Notes: generated by a model from the sequence alone, not told the origin. Shown: positions 1 through 9,508, numbered from the stretch's first letter. The stretch is DNA of 64,000 nt from Candidatus Heimdallarchaeota archaeon (GCA_019057375.1 DXJF01000112.1:15932-79931), one strand, 5' to 3'. Numbers and translations: made by a program.

Positions 1-482
1 AATAGAATATCTACATGTTTAGAATTCGCTGGACTGTCATCAAATGATGTACAGAAACAGTTGGTATCTGGTTCATTACAACTTAGACCAATCAGAATGC
101 TTCTATTTCTTTTCTTTGTATAAAATGGATCAGTATAATCGCCTTCTTTCTTACCCATAAAAACTGGATCTATGATATCATATCCTCGTGCATCGCATGG
201 GCGAATTCCAAAAATTACTCTTACTGATTCATCAATTTTTGGAGTTTGAATCTTAGAATCTTTTCCTTTGGCATATGTAAAGAGAGTTTCAGTTTGTTGG
301 AATATCAAGGACTTAGGAGGCACTCTTGAAAGTAAAATATCTAGATTGACCTCTTTTGGATCATTTATTTTCCTGAAGGCTAAGAATCCATTTTCTTCCT
401 TTGGTCCAATCAGTTCAAATTTAGAACCAATCTCTCCAAGCAATTCAGGTAATTTTTCTTTTGGTAATGTTAGTTGTTCCAT
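1..482 (-). CDS. AsrA/HydB-like 4Fe-4S dicluster protein (FlxB-like), 3' end runs off the window
   Basis: Not in the ORF track; translated by hand from the ATG at 482: MEQLTLPKEKLPELLG...PPKSLIFQQTETLF...FGIRPCDARG...LSCNEPDTNCFCTSF, open to base 1. GAGGAG RBS upstream. Confidence 0.8.
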   Translation of the reverse strand, partial: MEQLTLPKEKLPELLGEIGSKFELIGPKEENGFLAFRKINDPKEVNLDILLSRVPPKSLIFQQTETLFTYAKGKDSKIQTPKIDESVRVIFGIRPCDARGYDIIDPVFMGKKEGDYTDPFYTKKRNRSILIGLSCNEPDTNCFCTSFDDSPANSKHVDIL

Positions 483-491
483 TTTAACTCC

Positions 492-1478
492 TCACGAAAT
501 GAAATCCTCCGGATCATCTGGTCGAAAACTTCCCAAGAATGGTTTTTCTTCAGTATCGAGTCCAGCAGTATAATCAAACATCTCTTTAACTTCTTTCTCA
601 ACAAACTTGTTCAATTCCATTAGAGGAATGTTAACAGGACAAGATCGTTCGCATTCCCCACAACTAATACACCTACCAGCAAGATGAAATGCACGCATTA
701 CGTTCCAAGCAGTATTTTCTGATAGATTTACAGATCGTCTGATCCATTGTGGTTCTAATAGATCAGCCATACATGTTTTACAATAGCAAAGTGGGCATGC
801 CTCTCTACATGCATAACAGCGGATGCAGTTCTGAAAATGCTTCTCCCAATATTCCCATCTTTTTTCTATTGTTTTTTCTTCTAATTCATCTACTCTGTTA
901 AAGTGTTCGGGTTGAAATTCTTCTTCAGCTTCACCTATAAGTATGTCATATAAAGGTGGATTTGGGTATTCGCAGCTTTTACATACATCTGAAAGCAATT
1001 CGTCTTTGGGTATTTTATGGCTTGTTCCACCTATTTCTAATATATATTCGTCGTTGTTATTTTCCTCAACATCAACAAACTTTGATTGTTTAGGAAATCT
1101 TTTTGCTATCTTTTTTGGGTCGATTACACCTTTGCAAGGGATGCCTATTAAAACAACATCTTCCTTTTCTAATCCCTTTTCTTGAATGATTTGGATTATG
1201 GCACGGGAGTCACAACCCTTTACAACAATTCCAATCTTCTTATGTTCTGCTTCCTCTCCTCTTCTTAATGGTAATTTTTCTTCAAGAAGTGGATAAGTAG
1301 CTAGATTCTTTGAACATAATGGAGAGTAAAAGAACTCCTTTGCGTCTTCAGCGCTATATGCAAAGGCAGGTTTTATCTGAAAACCATAAGTGCCTCTCTT
1401 ATAACCAATAACGTATTTCACGTCATCTCGAGAAACGGTTTCCTCAACTACCTTGATTAGTTCTTTATTCTCTACCAT
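492..1478 (-). CDS. FdhB/FrhB-like 4Fe-4S dicluster protein (FlxC-like)
   Basis: KGCDSRAI motif; CIRCYACREACPLCYC and CISCGECERSCP ferredoxin motifs; lies directly after mvhD. Confidence 0.8.
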   Translation of the reverse strand: MVENKELIKVVEETVSRDDVKYVIGYKRGTYGFQIKPAFAYSAEDAKEFFYSPLCSKNLATYPLLEEKLPLRRGEEAEHKKIGIVVKGCDSRAIIQIIQEKGLEKEDVVLIGIPCKGVIDPKKIAKRFPKQSKFVDVEENNNDEYILEIGGTSHKIPKDELLSDVCKSCEYPNPPLYDILIGEAEEEFQPEHFNRVDELEEKTIEKRWEYWEKHFQNCIRCYACREACPLCYCKTCMADLLEPQWIRRSVNLSENTAWNVMRAFHLAGRCISCGECERSCPVNIPLMELNKFVEKEVKEMFDYTAGLDTEEKPFLGSFRPDDPEDFIS

Positions 1479-1921
1479 TCTTTTTCCCTCCTAATTTTGG
1501 TCATAGGACCTAATTTTTTGATGTCCTCAGTAACTTCTCTGACGACGTCAGCATATTTTCTACCTTCAGCAGCTGAAACCCAAGTCATTCTTACTCTCTC
1601 AGGTTCAATACCAAGAAACTCCAATAGCTTTTTCATGGTAGCAACCCTTCTCCTCGCTAAGTAATTTCCATGAGTGTAGTGACAATCACCAGGATGACAT
1701 CCACTGACTAGAACTCCATCAGCACCCTGCTGAAATGCATTAATTATATACATCGGATTTACTCTTCCAGAACACATTACCTTGATGATTTTAACATTAG
1801 GAGGATATTGGATTCTGCTTGTTCCTGCGAGATCTGCTCCTGCATAGGAACACCAACTACATAAGAAACCAATTATGTTTGGTTCGAATTCTTCCAGTTC
1901 TGTATTCTTTTTTGTAGACAT
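1472..1921 (-). CDS. mvhD: Hydrogenase/Hdr-associated [2Fe-2S] subunit MvhD/FlxD
   Basis: CSWCSYAGADLAG, MCSGRV and GCHPGDCHY motifs. Start moved from 1945 to the ATG at 1921. Confidence 0.93.
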   Translation of the reverse strand: MSTKKNTELEEFEPNIIGFLCSWCSYAGADLAGTSRIQYPPNVKIIKVMCSGRVNPMYIINAFQQGADGVLVSGCHPGDCHYTHGNYLARRRVATMKKLLEFLGIEPERVRMTWVSAAEGRKYADVVREVTEDIKKLGPMTKIRREKEW

Positions 1922-1941
1922 TTCCAAACCTTCGTCTATTC

Positions 1942-2490
1942 TCAAGAGTCTGATTTATACTCCATACCTTTTTGGAAAGCAATTAGATTCTTTTCAACAA
2001 ATCTTGCTTTGATTTTTTCTTTCATTATTGTAAGCATAGCTTCTTCAGAGAAGATGTCTGTTGTGTTAGCACATACATAACCCAACATAGCTATGTTAGC
2101 ATAAAGTCTGCTTCCAAGAGTTTCAGCAATTTTAGTTGCTGGAATTTTGAATATCTTTTTAGCTTTCTTTGCATTTTCATCTAGTGTAACTAAATCCTCT
2201 TCAACAAAGAGTATTCCACCTTCTTTGAGTTTTGGAATATACTTCTGATAAGCTTCTTCTGATAAAACGACAAAGTAATCCAGTTCAGTTGCTTTAGGAT
2301 AATCGATTTCTCCTTCATCAATTACGACATCAGTGCTACTTGCTCCACCCCTACTTTCTGGACCATAACTTTGTGTCATTACAGAATTCTTTCCTTCTTC
2401 TAATAAGCTTACAGCTTCACCTACAAGCCTCCCCATAAGTCCTATCCCTTGACCACCAAAACCTGCAAAACGAATTTCTACTCTACTCAT
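1942..2490 (-). CDS. korC: 2-oxoacid:ferredoxin oxidoreductase gamma subunit
   Basis: IRFAGFGGQGI and QSYGPESRGGAS motifs. Confidence 0.92.
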   Translation of the reverse strand: MSRVEIRFAGFGGQGIGLMGRLVGEAVSLLEEGKNSVMTQSYGPESRGGASSTDVVIDEGEIDYPKATELDYFVVLSEEAYQKYIPKLKEGGILFVEEDLVTLDENAKKAKKIFKIPATKIAETLGSRLYANIAMLGYVCANTTDIFSEEAMLTIMKEKIKARFVEKNLIAFQKGMEYKSDS

Positions 2491-2494
2491 TTTA

Positions 2495-3355
2495 TCATCC
2501 CTTCTTAGCTTGACTAACTCTCTGAAGTGCTAGTAAATTATCTGTTAAAGTTGGTTTGTCTTCAATGTCAACAAATTTACCAACTATAATTGGACTGTTC
2601 TTATCAATTTGAACGTCTCTGGTGTCCGCATCGTGGTTCAAAACAGTTTTTTCAGCGAAAAATTCAAGAATCTTTTTTCCTTCAGCTAGTTGGTTTCGAC
2701 GACCGTAAGTTGTAGGACAGCTACCTAAAACTTCGACGAAAGAGAATCCATTTTTAGCTATGGCTTCAGAAAAAGCCTCTTTTACTCTTCTAACATCTAA
2801 AGCAGTATATCGTGCAACGTAGACTGCGCCACAACTTGCAGCAAGATTAGGAATGTTGAATGGCTCTTCTAGTGAGCCATAAGGAGCGGTAGTCTGAAAT
2901 TGACCCACGTAAGTTGTGGGACCTGCTTGTCCTCCTGTCATACCATAATTGAAGTTATTAACACAAACTACAGTAATATTCGCATTTCTTCTTGCTGCAT
3001 GGATAAAATGATTTCCACCTATTGCAAAAAGATCCCCATCTCCAGAAATTACTATCACTTTGCGTTCTGGATCTGTTACACTCAAACCTATTGCAAAAGG
3101 AATTGATCTTCCATGAGTTGTATGGAAACTATCGAAATTGAGATATCCTGCAATTCTACCAGTGCATCCTATTCCTGAGACCACTGCAACTTTTTTAGGG
3201 TCGATTCCAGATTCATTTATTGCTTCAATGAGAACATTTGTTATTGAACCCAAACTGCATCCTGGGCAGAATATGTGTGGTATTCGTCCTTCTCTTAAAA
3301 ATCCATCTAGAGGATGAGCCTCTGATTCCAGTAATTGATTTTGATCTTCTGTCAT
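2495..3355 (-). CDS. korB: 2-oxoacid:ferredoxin oxidoreductase beta subunit (TPP-binding)
   Basis: FCPGC, SGIGC, HTTHGR and GDGD...NN TPP motif; YGMTGGQ. Confidence 0.93.
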   Translation of the reverse strand: MTEDQNQLLESEAHPLDGFLREGRIPHIFCPGCSLGSITNVLIEAINESGIDPKKVAVVSGIGCTGRIAGYLNFDSFHTTHGRSIPFAIGLSVTDPERKVIVISGDGDLFAIGGNHFIHAARRNANITVVCVNNFNYGMTGGQAGPTTYVGQFQTTAPYGSLEEPFNIPNLAASCGAVYVARYTALDVRRVKEAFSEAIAKNGFSFVEVLGSCPTTYGRRNQLAEGKKILEFFAEKTVLNHDADTRDVQIDKNSPIIVGKFVDIEDKPTLTDNLLALQRVSQAKKG

Positions 3356-4518
3356 TATGCATCACCCTCAATTTCTTTTAGTATTTCTTGTGGATTATGA
3401 ATTGCTCCTCCAAGCTTGAATATACCTTTTACTTCAGTTTTACCATGAACACTTCTTTCTACTTCTCTTGTAATTTGTCCATAGTTGATTTCTGGAACAT
3501 AAATTTTCTTTACTTGTTCTGCTAAAGCTTCTATCCTCTCATTAGGGAAAGGCCATATGGTGATTAACCGCAATAAACCTACTTTGATTCCCTTCTTTCT
3601 GGCCCTATTCACAGCCCCTTTAGCTGTTCTTGCTACTGAACCAAATGAGATAATTGCAAATTCAGCATCATCTAACATGTATTCCTCTACCTTGATGATA
3701 TCTTTCTTATTTAGTCTAATTTTATCATTAATTCTTCTAACCAGTTTATCTTGTGTCTTTGTATTTAAGTCAGGATATCCTCTTTCATCATGAGTTAATC
3801 CAGTTACCATAACTCTGTAACCTTCTCCAGCAACAGCCATAGGGGGAATAAGATCATCATCTGGCTTATATGGTAAGTGTTCCTCTGGAGAATCTTTCGG
3901 TTTTTTCCTTTCTACTTTTCCAATTTTACTAGCATCAGGAATTATTAGTCTTTCACTCATGTGCCCCAGAGTTTCATCCAACAAAAGTGTAACTGGTAAT
4001 CTATATTTCTCTGCATAATTGAATGCTTCAATAGCTAGCTCAAAACATTCCTGAACTGAGTTTGGACATAAAACTATTGGTTCAAAATCTCCATGGGCCC
4101 CCCATTTGGTTTGCATAATATCTTGTTGTCCAACCAATGTAGGTAATCCAGTAGACGGTCCTCCTCTTTGAACGTTGATTATTACGCAAGGAGTTTCAGT
4201 CATCATTCCAAGACCTATGTTCTCAACCATCAAAGAATATCCTGGACCCGAAGTTGCTGTCATACTCTTGACACCACCCCAAGATGCTCCCAAAATGCCA
4301 ATAATTGAGGCAATTTCGTCTTCAAACTGAACAAAATTCCCACCTAGTTGTGGCAAACGTAAAGCCATATGTTCGGCTATTTCAGAACTAGGTGTAATTG
4401 GATATCCACCAAAGAACTTACATCCAACTGCGAGAGCTCCTTCAGCAGCAGCATGGTTACCTGTAGTAAAGTGCTCTCCAGTACTTACTTCTAAAAATTT
4501 TTGTTTTTGCTTACTCAT
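3355..4518 (-). CDS. korA: 2-oxoacid:ferredoxin oxidoreductase alpha subunit
   Basis: GYPITPSSEI, EDEIAS, ATSGPG and QRGGPSTGLPT motifs. Likely start is the ATG at 4518. Confidence 0.93.
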   Translation of the reverse strand: MSKQKQKFLEVSTGEHFTTGNHAAAEGALAVGCKFFGGYPITPSSEIAEHMALRLPQLGGNFVQFEDEIASIIGILGASWGGVKSMTATSGPGYSLMVENIGLGMMTETPCVIINVQRGGPSTGLPTLVGQQDIMQTKWGAHGDFEPIVLCPNSVQECFELAIEAFNYAEKYRLPVTLLLDETLGHMSERLIIPDASKIGKVERKKPKDSPEEHLPYKPDDDLIPPMAVAGEGYRVMVTGLTHDERGYPDLNTKTQDKLVRRINDKIRLNKKDIIKVEEYMLDDAEFAIISFGSVARTAKGAVNRARKKGIKVGLLRLITIWPFPNERIEALAEQVKKIYVPEINYGQITREVERSVHGKTEVKGIFKLGGAIHNPQEILKEIEGDA

Positions 4519-4828
4519 CTTCAGCATCACTCTCTTCGAGTACTTTAACATAAATTGCAAATTCAGGACAAATTAACTCACAGAAATGGCACTCAGCACA
4601 ATCGTCGAAAGTCTTTCCTTCTTTTAAAACAGGGGGACGATATCCTTTAGCATTAATTTCCTCTCCAGTTTCTAAAATCTCCTCTGGACAGTAAATAATA
4701 CACCACTCACATTCCTTGCATCTATCCTTTATTATATAAACTTGAGAGTCAGGACCTTTTAACTTTTCCAAGTCTACAAAAGCTGGCCATTCTGGCTTCT
4801 TTCGTCTTCTTTCTAGTGATTGACCCAT
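4511..4828 (-). CDS. korD: 2-oxoacid:ferredoxin oxidoreductase delta (ferredoxin) subunit
   Basis: CKECEWCIIYCP and CAECHFCELICPEFAI motifs; first gene of the kor operon. Confidence 0.88.
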   Translation of the reverse strand: MGQSLERRRKKPEWPAFVDLEKLKGPDSQVYIIKDRCKECEWCIIYCPEEILETGEEINAKGYRPPVLKEGKTFDDCAECHFCELICPEFAIYVKVLEESDAEDE

Positions 4829-5037
4829 TAAAATGAACCACAATTTATAGCGCTGTCGGGTGTGATTTATTTAGTTATTTAAAGTTTTATTTATGTATTG
4901 AATTGAAATAATAAATGAATACTAATAGTATTCCTTTAGGATTTAAGTAATTGTTTTCAATCCTTAGGATTTTTTAATAATGTGATTCATGTATCTCTTC
5001 CTATTCCCCTCTGAGGAAAAATTGAAATAGTTTAACG

Positions 5038-5700
5038 ATGATAAAATTAATGTCTAAAATGTTAACAAGAGATTTGAGTGTAACTGTTCTCGGGAACACA
5101 GGAGCAGGAAAAACTACCCTTGTGCACCGATTAAAGGGAGAAGAAGTTGAAGACATCAGTCCTACAACAAGTATAGAGGTTCATCAAAAGACAATTCGAT
5201 TAAAGAGTCAATCATTCAAACCTGCCTTAAGTTTAGAGAAGTATAGAAGTTATCGAGTGAGAGCAATCGACTGTCCTGGTGATATGAGTTTATGGCCATA
5301 TTGGAAAAAAGCATTAGCTGATTATAACACAAATGGAATTATATTTCTCATAGATCCTACACAAGATTCAAAGGTACAAATAGATGCACTAACTCAGGTT
5401 TCCAATTATTATCTTATGACTTTAGATGATGATGTAGTTAGAGCAGAAAGAAAAGCAAGAAAAGTTAAGGCTATTTTCTTCCTCGTTGTTAATAAGATAG
5501 ATCTTATTGGAAATAGCAAAGGTAAAGCTGATGAATTAATCAAAGAGAAATATCAAACAGCTTGGAATCATCTTAAAGAACGTTACCCAAGTAGTGGGCA
5601 TTATTGGGAAGCAATCTCAGCAATTGATGAAACTGAGCAAATGATTGACACTATCGATGGAATCTTTGAAACTATCAAGCGCGAAATCTATGGAGAGTAA
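5038..5700 (+). CDS. Divergent small GTPase (Arf-related Ras superfamily)
   Basis: G1 GNTGAGKTT, G2 PTT, G3 DCPG, G4 NKID, G5 ISA. Confidence 0.85.
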   Translation: MIKLMSKMLTRDLSVTVLGNTGAGKTTLVHRLKGEEVEDISPTTSIEVHQKTIRLKSQSFKPALSLEKYRSYRVRAIDCPGDMSLWPYWKKALADYNTNGIIFLIDPTQDSKVQIDALTQVSNYYLMTLDDDVVRAERKARKVKAIFFLVVNKIDLIGNSKGKADELIKEKYQTAWNHLKERYPSSGHYWEAISAIDETEQMIDTIDGIFETIKREIYGE

Positions 5701-5778
5701 TCTCGGGATTTTCTATTTTTTGATAACTATCGAAAAATCTTTAATCATTTTCGTTTTAGATTCAAATCACGTGATAAT

Positions 5779-6513
5779 ATGAGTGATTCAGAATCAGTAA
5801 AAGAATCAAAAAAATTTGTTCATAATTGTACTAAATGTGGATCTTGTTGTGAAAAGTGGTCTGAAATACCAATATATATTGAAGATTTACAGAAATGGAT
5901 TGCTGATGGAACAATTCATCCTGTTTTACCGTTTCTACAGATACAAGAAACTCCTCCAGCATATGTGCGATTAATTATGAAAAAACCTGCTACAAATGAA
6001 GAAGATCCAAACCCATCCGGATGCCCATTATATGATTATAAAAATAAAATTTGCAATATTTATTCTTCGATGCCGTTATATTGTGCGTCTTATCCTTTAG
6101 CATATAATGGTGAAAAATTCTATCTAGTTGATAGAGATTCTCCAGGACTTGGTAATGGAATTATGACAGCTGAAACATTAGAATCGGCAAGAGAAAGAGC
6201 AAGAAATCAATTTGAAGCTGTATCTAGTTCTATTGCAATCCTCCCCTTGCTTTATACAATGATTATCTCAAGTATTATGCAAAAAAGTCAAGAAGCGATG
6301 GCTTCCTTATCTGATGAGGATCAGCAGCAACTGGAAGAACTTTTATCAAAATCTAAAGATGATCAAGAAACAGAAGACGAAACTGATTCCAAGGAAGATA
6401 ATCAAGAAACAGAAGACGAAACTGATTCCCAAGATGAATGGGAAGATATTGATGATGAAGAAAATACTGAGAAAGAAAATACAGAGAAAGAAAATACAGA
6501 GAAAGAGGAATAA
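5779..6513 (+). CDS. YkgJ-family cysteine-cluster protein with acidic tail
   Basis: CTKCGSCC, CPLY...CNIY..MPLYCASYP pattern; D/E-rich C-terminus. Confidence 0.75.
   Translation: MSDSESVKESKKFVHNCTKCGSCCEKWSEIPIYIEDLQKWIADGTIHPVLPFLQIQETPPAYVRLIMKKPATNEEDPNPSGCPLYDYKNKICNIYSSMPLYCASYPLAYNGEKFYLVDRDSPGLGNGIMTAETLESARERARNQFEAVSSSIAILPLLYTMIISSIMQKSQEAMASLSDEDQQQLEELLSKSKDDQETEDETDSKEDNQETEDETDSQDEWEDIDDEENTEKENTEKENTEKEE
6362..6504 (+). repeat. In-frame tandem repeats in the acidic tail
   Basis: ATCAAGAAACAGAAGACGAAACTGATTCC at 6362 and 6401 (39-bp period); GAAAATAC(T/A)GAGAAA three times at 6460-6504 (ENTEK x3). Confidence 0.9.
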
Positions 6514-6519
6514 TCAACC

Positions 6520-7200
6520 TCAGTCTGTCTCATCTTGACAATAAAGTGATTCTGATCCCATTAAATGACCATCTTCACTTTTTGTAGATAGATATTTTAC
6601 ATTATAGACATTAGGTGTAATTGCAATAGGAATTCTATCAATGACTTCTATGTTACTTCCACATAGTTCTGCTACTTTTCTAGGATTATTAGTTAGAAGC
6701 TTAACACATTTAACGTGCAAAGATTGTAAGATATCAATAGCTACAAGATATGAACGTTCATCTGCCTTAAAACCTAAAGCTTCATTTGCTTCGTTTGTAT
6801 CATATCCAATCTCTTGAAGTGTATATGCCTTGAGTTTATTAAACAAACCAATCCCTCTTCCTTCTTGACGGAGATAGATTAGTATGCCATGTTTCTGCTG
6901 TGAAAGGTAATTTAATGCAAATTCCAGTTGCTCTCTACAATCACATCGCAATGATGTAAAAGCGTCACCTGTAAGACACTCTGAATGAATGCGTAGTGGA
7001 ACATCTTCCTTTCCGACTGGATTCCCTTTAACGATTACAGCATGTTCTTTCATATCTCTTAAACTTAAAAGTCCTATAATTTCAAATTCTCCAAATTGAG
7101 TAGGTAATTTAGCAATAGATCCAAAATGGATTAATTCTGTGTCTTTAAGATTTAACTCTGATATTTTTTCTCTGATTTGTTTCTCAATATCTTCAGGCAA
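6520..7200 (-). CDS. ribA: GTP cyclohydrolase II
   Basis: RIHSECLTGDAFTSLRCDCREQL, YLRQEGRGIGL and LLTNNPRK motifs. Confidence 0.93.
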   Translation of the reverse strand: MPEDIEKQIREKISELNLKDTELIHFGSIAKLPTQFGEFEIIGLLSLRDMKEHAVIVKGNPVGKEDVPLRIHSECLTGDAFTSLRCDCREQLEFALNYLSQQKHGILIYLRQEGRGIGLFNKLKAYTLQEIGYDTNEANEALGFKADERSYLVAIDILQSLHVKCVKLLTNNPRKVAELCGSNIEVIDRIPIAITPNVYNVKYLSTKSEDGHLMGSESLYCQDETD

Positions 7201-7255
7201 TCTAATTCCTCACAATTAAGTACTGTTTGAATTGCTTTTGAATGTTGATGTTTCA

Positions 7256-7537
7256 CTAATAAGTTACTTTAAAATAAGAAAGATCTCCTCTAGTTTTTTC
7301 CCATTTAACTTGTATGTCGTAAACTTTAGCTGAAGATGGACCCTGTTTAGCAAAACTAATTAGTCTATTCAATCTCTCTTCGGACCCTTCAGCAATTATT
7401 TCTACTGATCCATCCCTCATATTTCGTACTGTTCCTTTAAGGCCCAATTTCCTTGCTACATCTCTTGTTGTGGCTCTAAAAAAAACTCCTTGAACCATTC
7501 CAAATACTATAATTTCTATTCTTTTTTCTTCTACCAT
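7256..7537 (-). CDS. acyP: Acylphosphatase
   Basis: GMVQGVFFR and GTVRNMRDGSVE motifs. Confidence 0.93.
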   Translation of the reverse strand: MVEEKRIEIIVFGMVQGVFFRATTRDVARKLGLKGTVRNMRDGSVEIIAEGSEERLNRLISFAKQGPSSAKVYDIQVKWEKTRGDLSYFKVTY

Positions 7538-7546
7538 AGATACACA

Positions 7547-8302
7547 TCAGCCAATTTTGTTTAGTAAATTTTCAGTAAAATCCGGTAAGGTTTCTTCACA
7601 TGGTCCAAATATAGAATAATCACAATAACTCGAAATTGGGGTAGCTTCAATGTTGAATTCTATAATCATAGAGTTGTTTTGCTTTGCATAGAGTGGTAAA
7701 GTGGATACAGGAGTAACTATACCAGAAGTTCCAATTACAAGCATCACATTTGATTGCGTTGTCCACTCAGCTGCCTTTTGCCATCTCTTGGGGTCTAAAG
7801 GTTCTCCAAACCAAACAACATCAGGTCGAAGAAGATTGGTTTCACATTCTGGACAGTATGGTAATTCAATTCCTTTTTGTGCTTTTTTTTCATCATCCCA
7901 CCTTTCTATGTTAGTGCAACTAATGCATCTTGCATACCTGATTCTGCCATGTATCTCAACAATATTTCTGGAACCTGCTATTTCATGTAATCCATCGACA
8001 TTCTGAGTAATAATTCCAAGAGCAATTTTCTCTTTTTCCAATTCAGTGAGTGAATAATGAGCTGGATTTGGTTTAGCTTCTAATAGGATTCTCATCCTTG
8101 CTCTATACCATTCCCATACAAGTTTCGGGTCTCTTGAAAACGCATGGGGCGTTGCTAACTCATCAGCTCTGTAATTGTTCCACAACCCATCTTCTCCTCT
8201 AAAAGTAGGCATTCCTGAAGCTTTAGAGACCCCAGCACCAACTACAGAAACTATTGTTGGATTTAGCTCAGCAACTTCATCTGCCACTGAATTGATGTTC
8301 AT
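7547..8302 (-). CDS. cobB: NAD-dependent protein deacylase (sirtuin)
   Basis: GAGVSKASGMPTFRG, TQNVDGLH, HG, CxxC...CxxC, RPDVVWFGE, GTS motifs. Confidence 0.93.
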   Translation of the reverse strand: MNINSVADEVAELNPTIVSVVGAGVSKASGMPTFRGEDGLWNNYRADELATPHAFSRDPKLVWEWYRARMRILLEAKPNPAHYSLTELEKEKIALGIITQNVDGLHEIAGSRNIVEIHGRIRYARCISCTNIERWDDEKKAQKGIELPYCPECETNLLRPDVVWFGEPLDPKRWQKAAEWTTQSNVMLVIGTSGIVTPVSTLPLYAKQNNSMIIEFNIEATPISSYCDYSIFGPCEETLPDFTENLLNKIG

Positions 8303-8413
8303 TATTAAAATTAAGAATTACACAAATAAAAAAGTATAGGGAAAGTAATTGCTCTGTAATGCTTCAATGTACATTTCCTTAGTTTTGATCATCAATTTTA
8401 GTTTTTGTTAAGA

Positions 8414-9508
8414 TTATATGTTGAAACGTCTTTTCTTTCCAGTTACTTCTTGATATAGTTTATCAATGCTACTTGAATATTCAGGATAACGAGTGAAGGC
8501 AATTTTGAATGCCATATCAATATCTGCTTCTCCCATATTTGCAAATTGCTGCTTAGGATTTGTGGTTAATGCATAGTATTGGGATATTATACTAGTGCCT
8601 GAATATCTTATGATTTTTACAACCTCTCCTTCTAAACCTCGAATTGATGAATCAATAATATTTCTATGATCTTTACCTCCACCTTCAACATCTTGTTGTA
8701 ATTTCAGTAACAATTGTTTGCTGAATTCGCTCTCATCACCGCCTTTAACTTGTCCTGCTATGAGATCACAAATAACATTATCAGGATAATCAGAAACTAA
8801 GTCAGATGTTGCAAAGAGAACATCAAATTGATCTGGGGGGATATACTCCTTAGGAAACAGTGAAATCAATAATTCTCTTCTGGGTTGAAATGATTGCAAT
8901 GATGATAAAAGTGGTTTAACCATTTCTTGAGTACAAACAGCAACTACTGGTTTTCCTATTAGTATAGCTTCCACCACTTTATCTTGACCTTTGTTAATCA
9001 GTCTCATGAAGAAATAAGGTGAAGTTTCTGATCTGATAACTTCTACGGTTTGAGCTGTTGCAGTCTCTTGTTTAGTCATGATTGAGGAAAGTTTAGTGGC
9101 CCAACCTCTTATTCTCATTTGAAGAGCTTCATCTAACTCATAGCCAGGTTCATAGAGAATTAGACCAGAAAGTTGTTTTGCAATATTGGAACTATGATAG
9201 TTAAAAACTGGAACTTTTGTATAAAGCTGTGATTGCAATTCTTCTTGGATGACGTAAGTTAAACAAGCCATAGTAATGGGTGATCTCTTGCTTTTGCATG
9301 GTATACCAAAGAAGAAAGAATATGCAACTCCCCCTGTATCATGGAGTGGCATAACTGCACTTGCTTCTCTTAAAATATCTGTTGCTGCAGCCCCCGATAA
9401 CATACGAATAGATACTTTATGGGAATCTTCTTCTGTGAGGTTATCGCGTTGTAAGACTTTCACACCTACGGTATCATCAAATACACTAAAACAAATTTTT
9501 TGTTCCAT
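8414..9508 (-). CDS. Putative DENN-like protein (uDENN/longin plus cDENN-like)
   Basis: N-terminal strand-FDDTVG-strand longin-like start. The central VEAILIGKPVVAVC...LLSSLQSFQP resembles the cDENN 'LLxxxIvvxs...vxaLxxllxP' pattern. Pattern inference only. Confidence 0.5.
   Translation of the reverse strand: MEQKICFSVFDDTVGVKVLQRDNLTEEDSHKVSIRMLSGAAATDILREASAVMPLHDTGGVAYSFFFGIPCKSKRSPITMACLTYVIQEELQSQLYTKVPVFNYHSSNIAKQLSGLILYEPGYELDEALQMRIRGWATKLSSIMTKQETATAQTVEVIRSETSPYFFMRLINKGQDKVVEAILIGKPVVAVCTQEMVKPLLSSLQSFQPRRELLISLFPKEYIPPDQFDVLFATSDLVSDYPDNVICDLIAGQVKGGDESEFSKQLLLKLQQDVEGGGKDHRNIIDSSIRGLEGEVVKIIRYSGTSIISQYYALTTNPKQQFANMGEADIDMAFKIAFTRYPEYSSSIDKLYQEVTGKKRRFNI

Noticed and set aside
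1472-1921. Possible selenocysteine recoding in MvhD, a selenoprotein in some archaea
   Set aside because: All ligand positions are Cys codons and there is no in-frame TGA in mvhD or the neighbouring Fe-S genes.
6362-6504. Direct repeats as CRISPR or mobile-element ends
   Set aside because: The periods are multiples of 3 and lie in frame within a coding tail.
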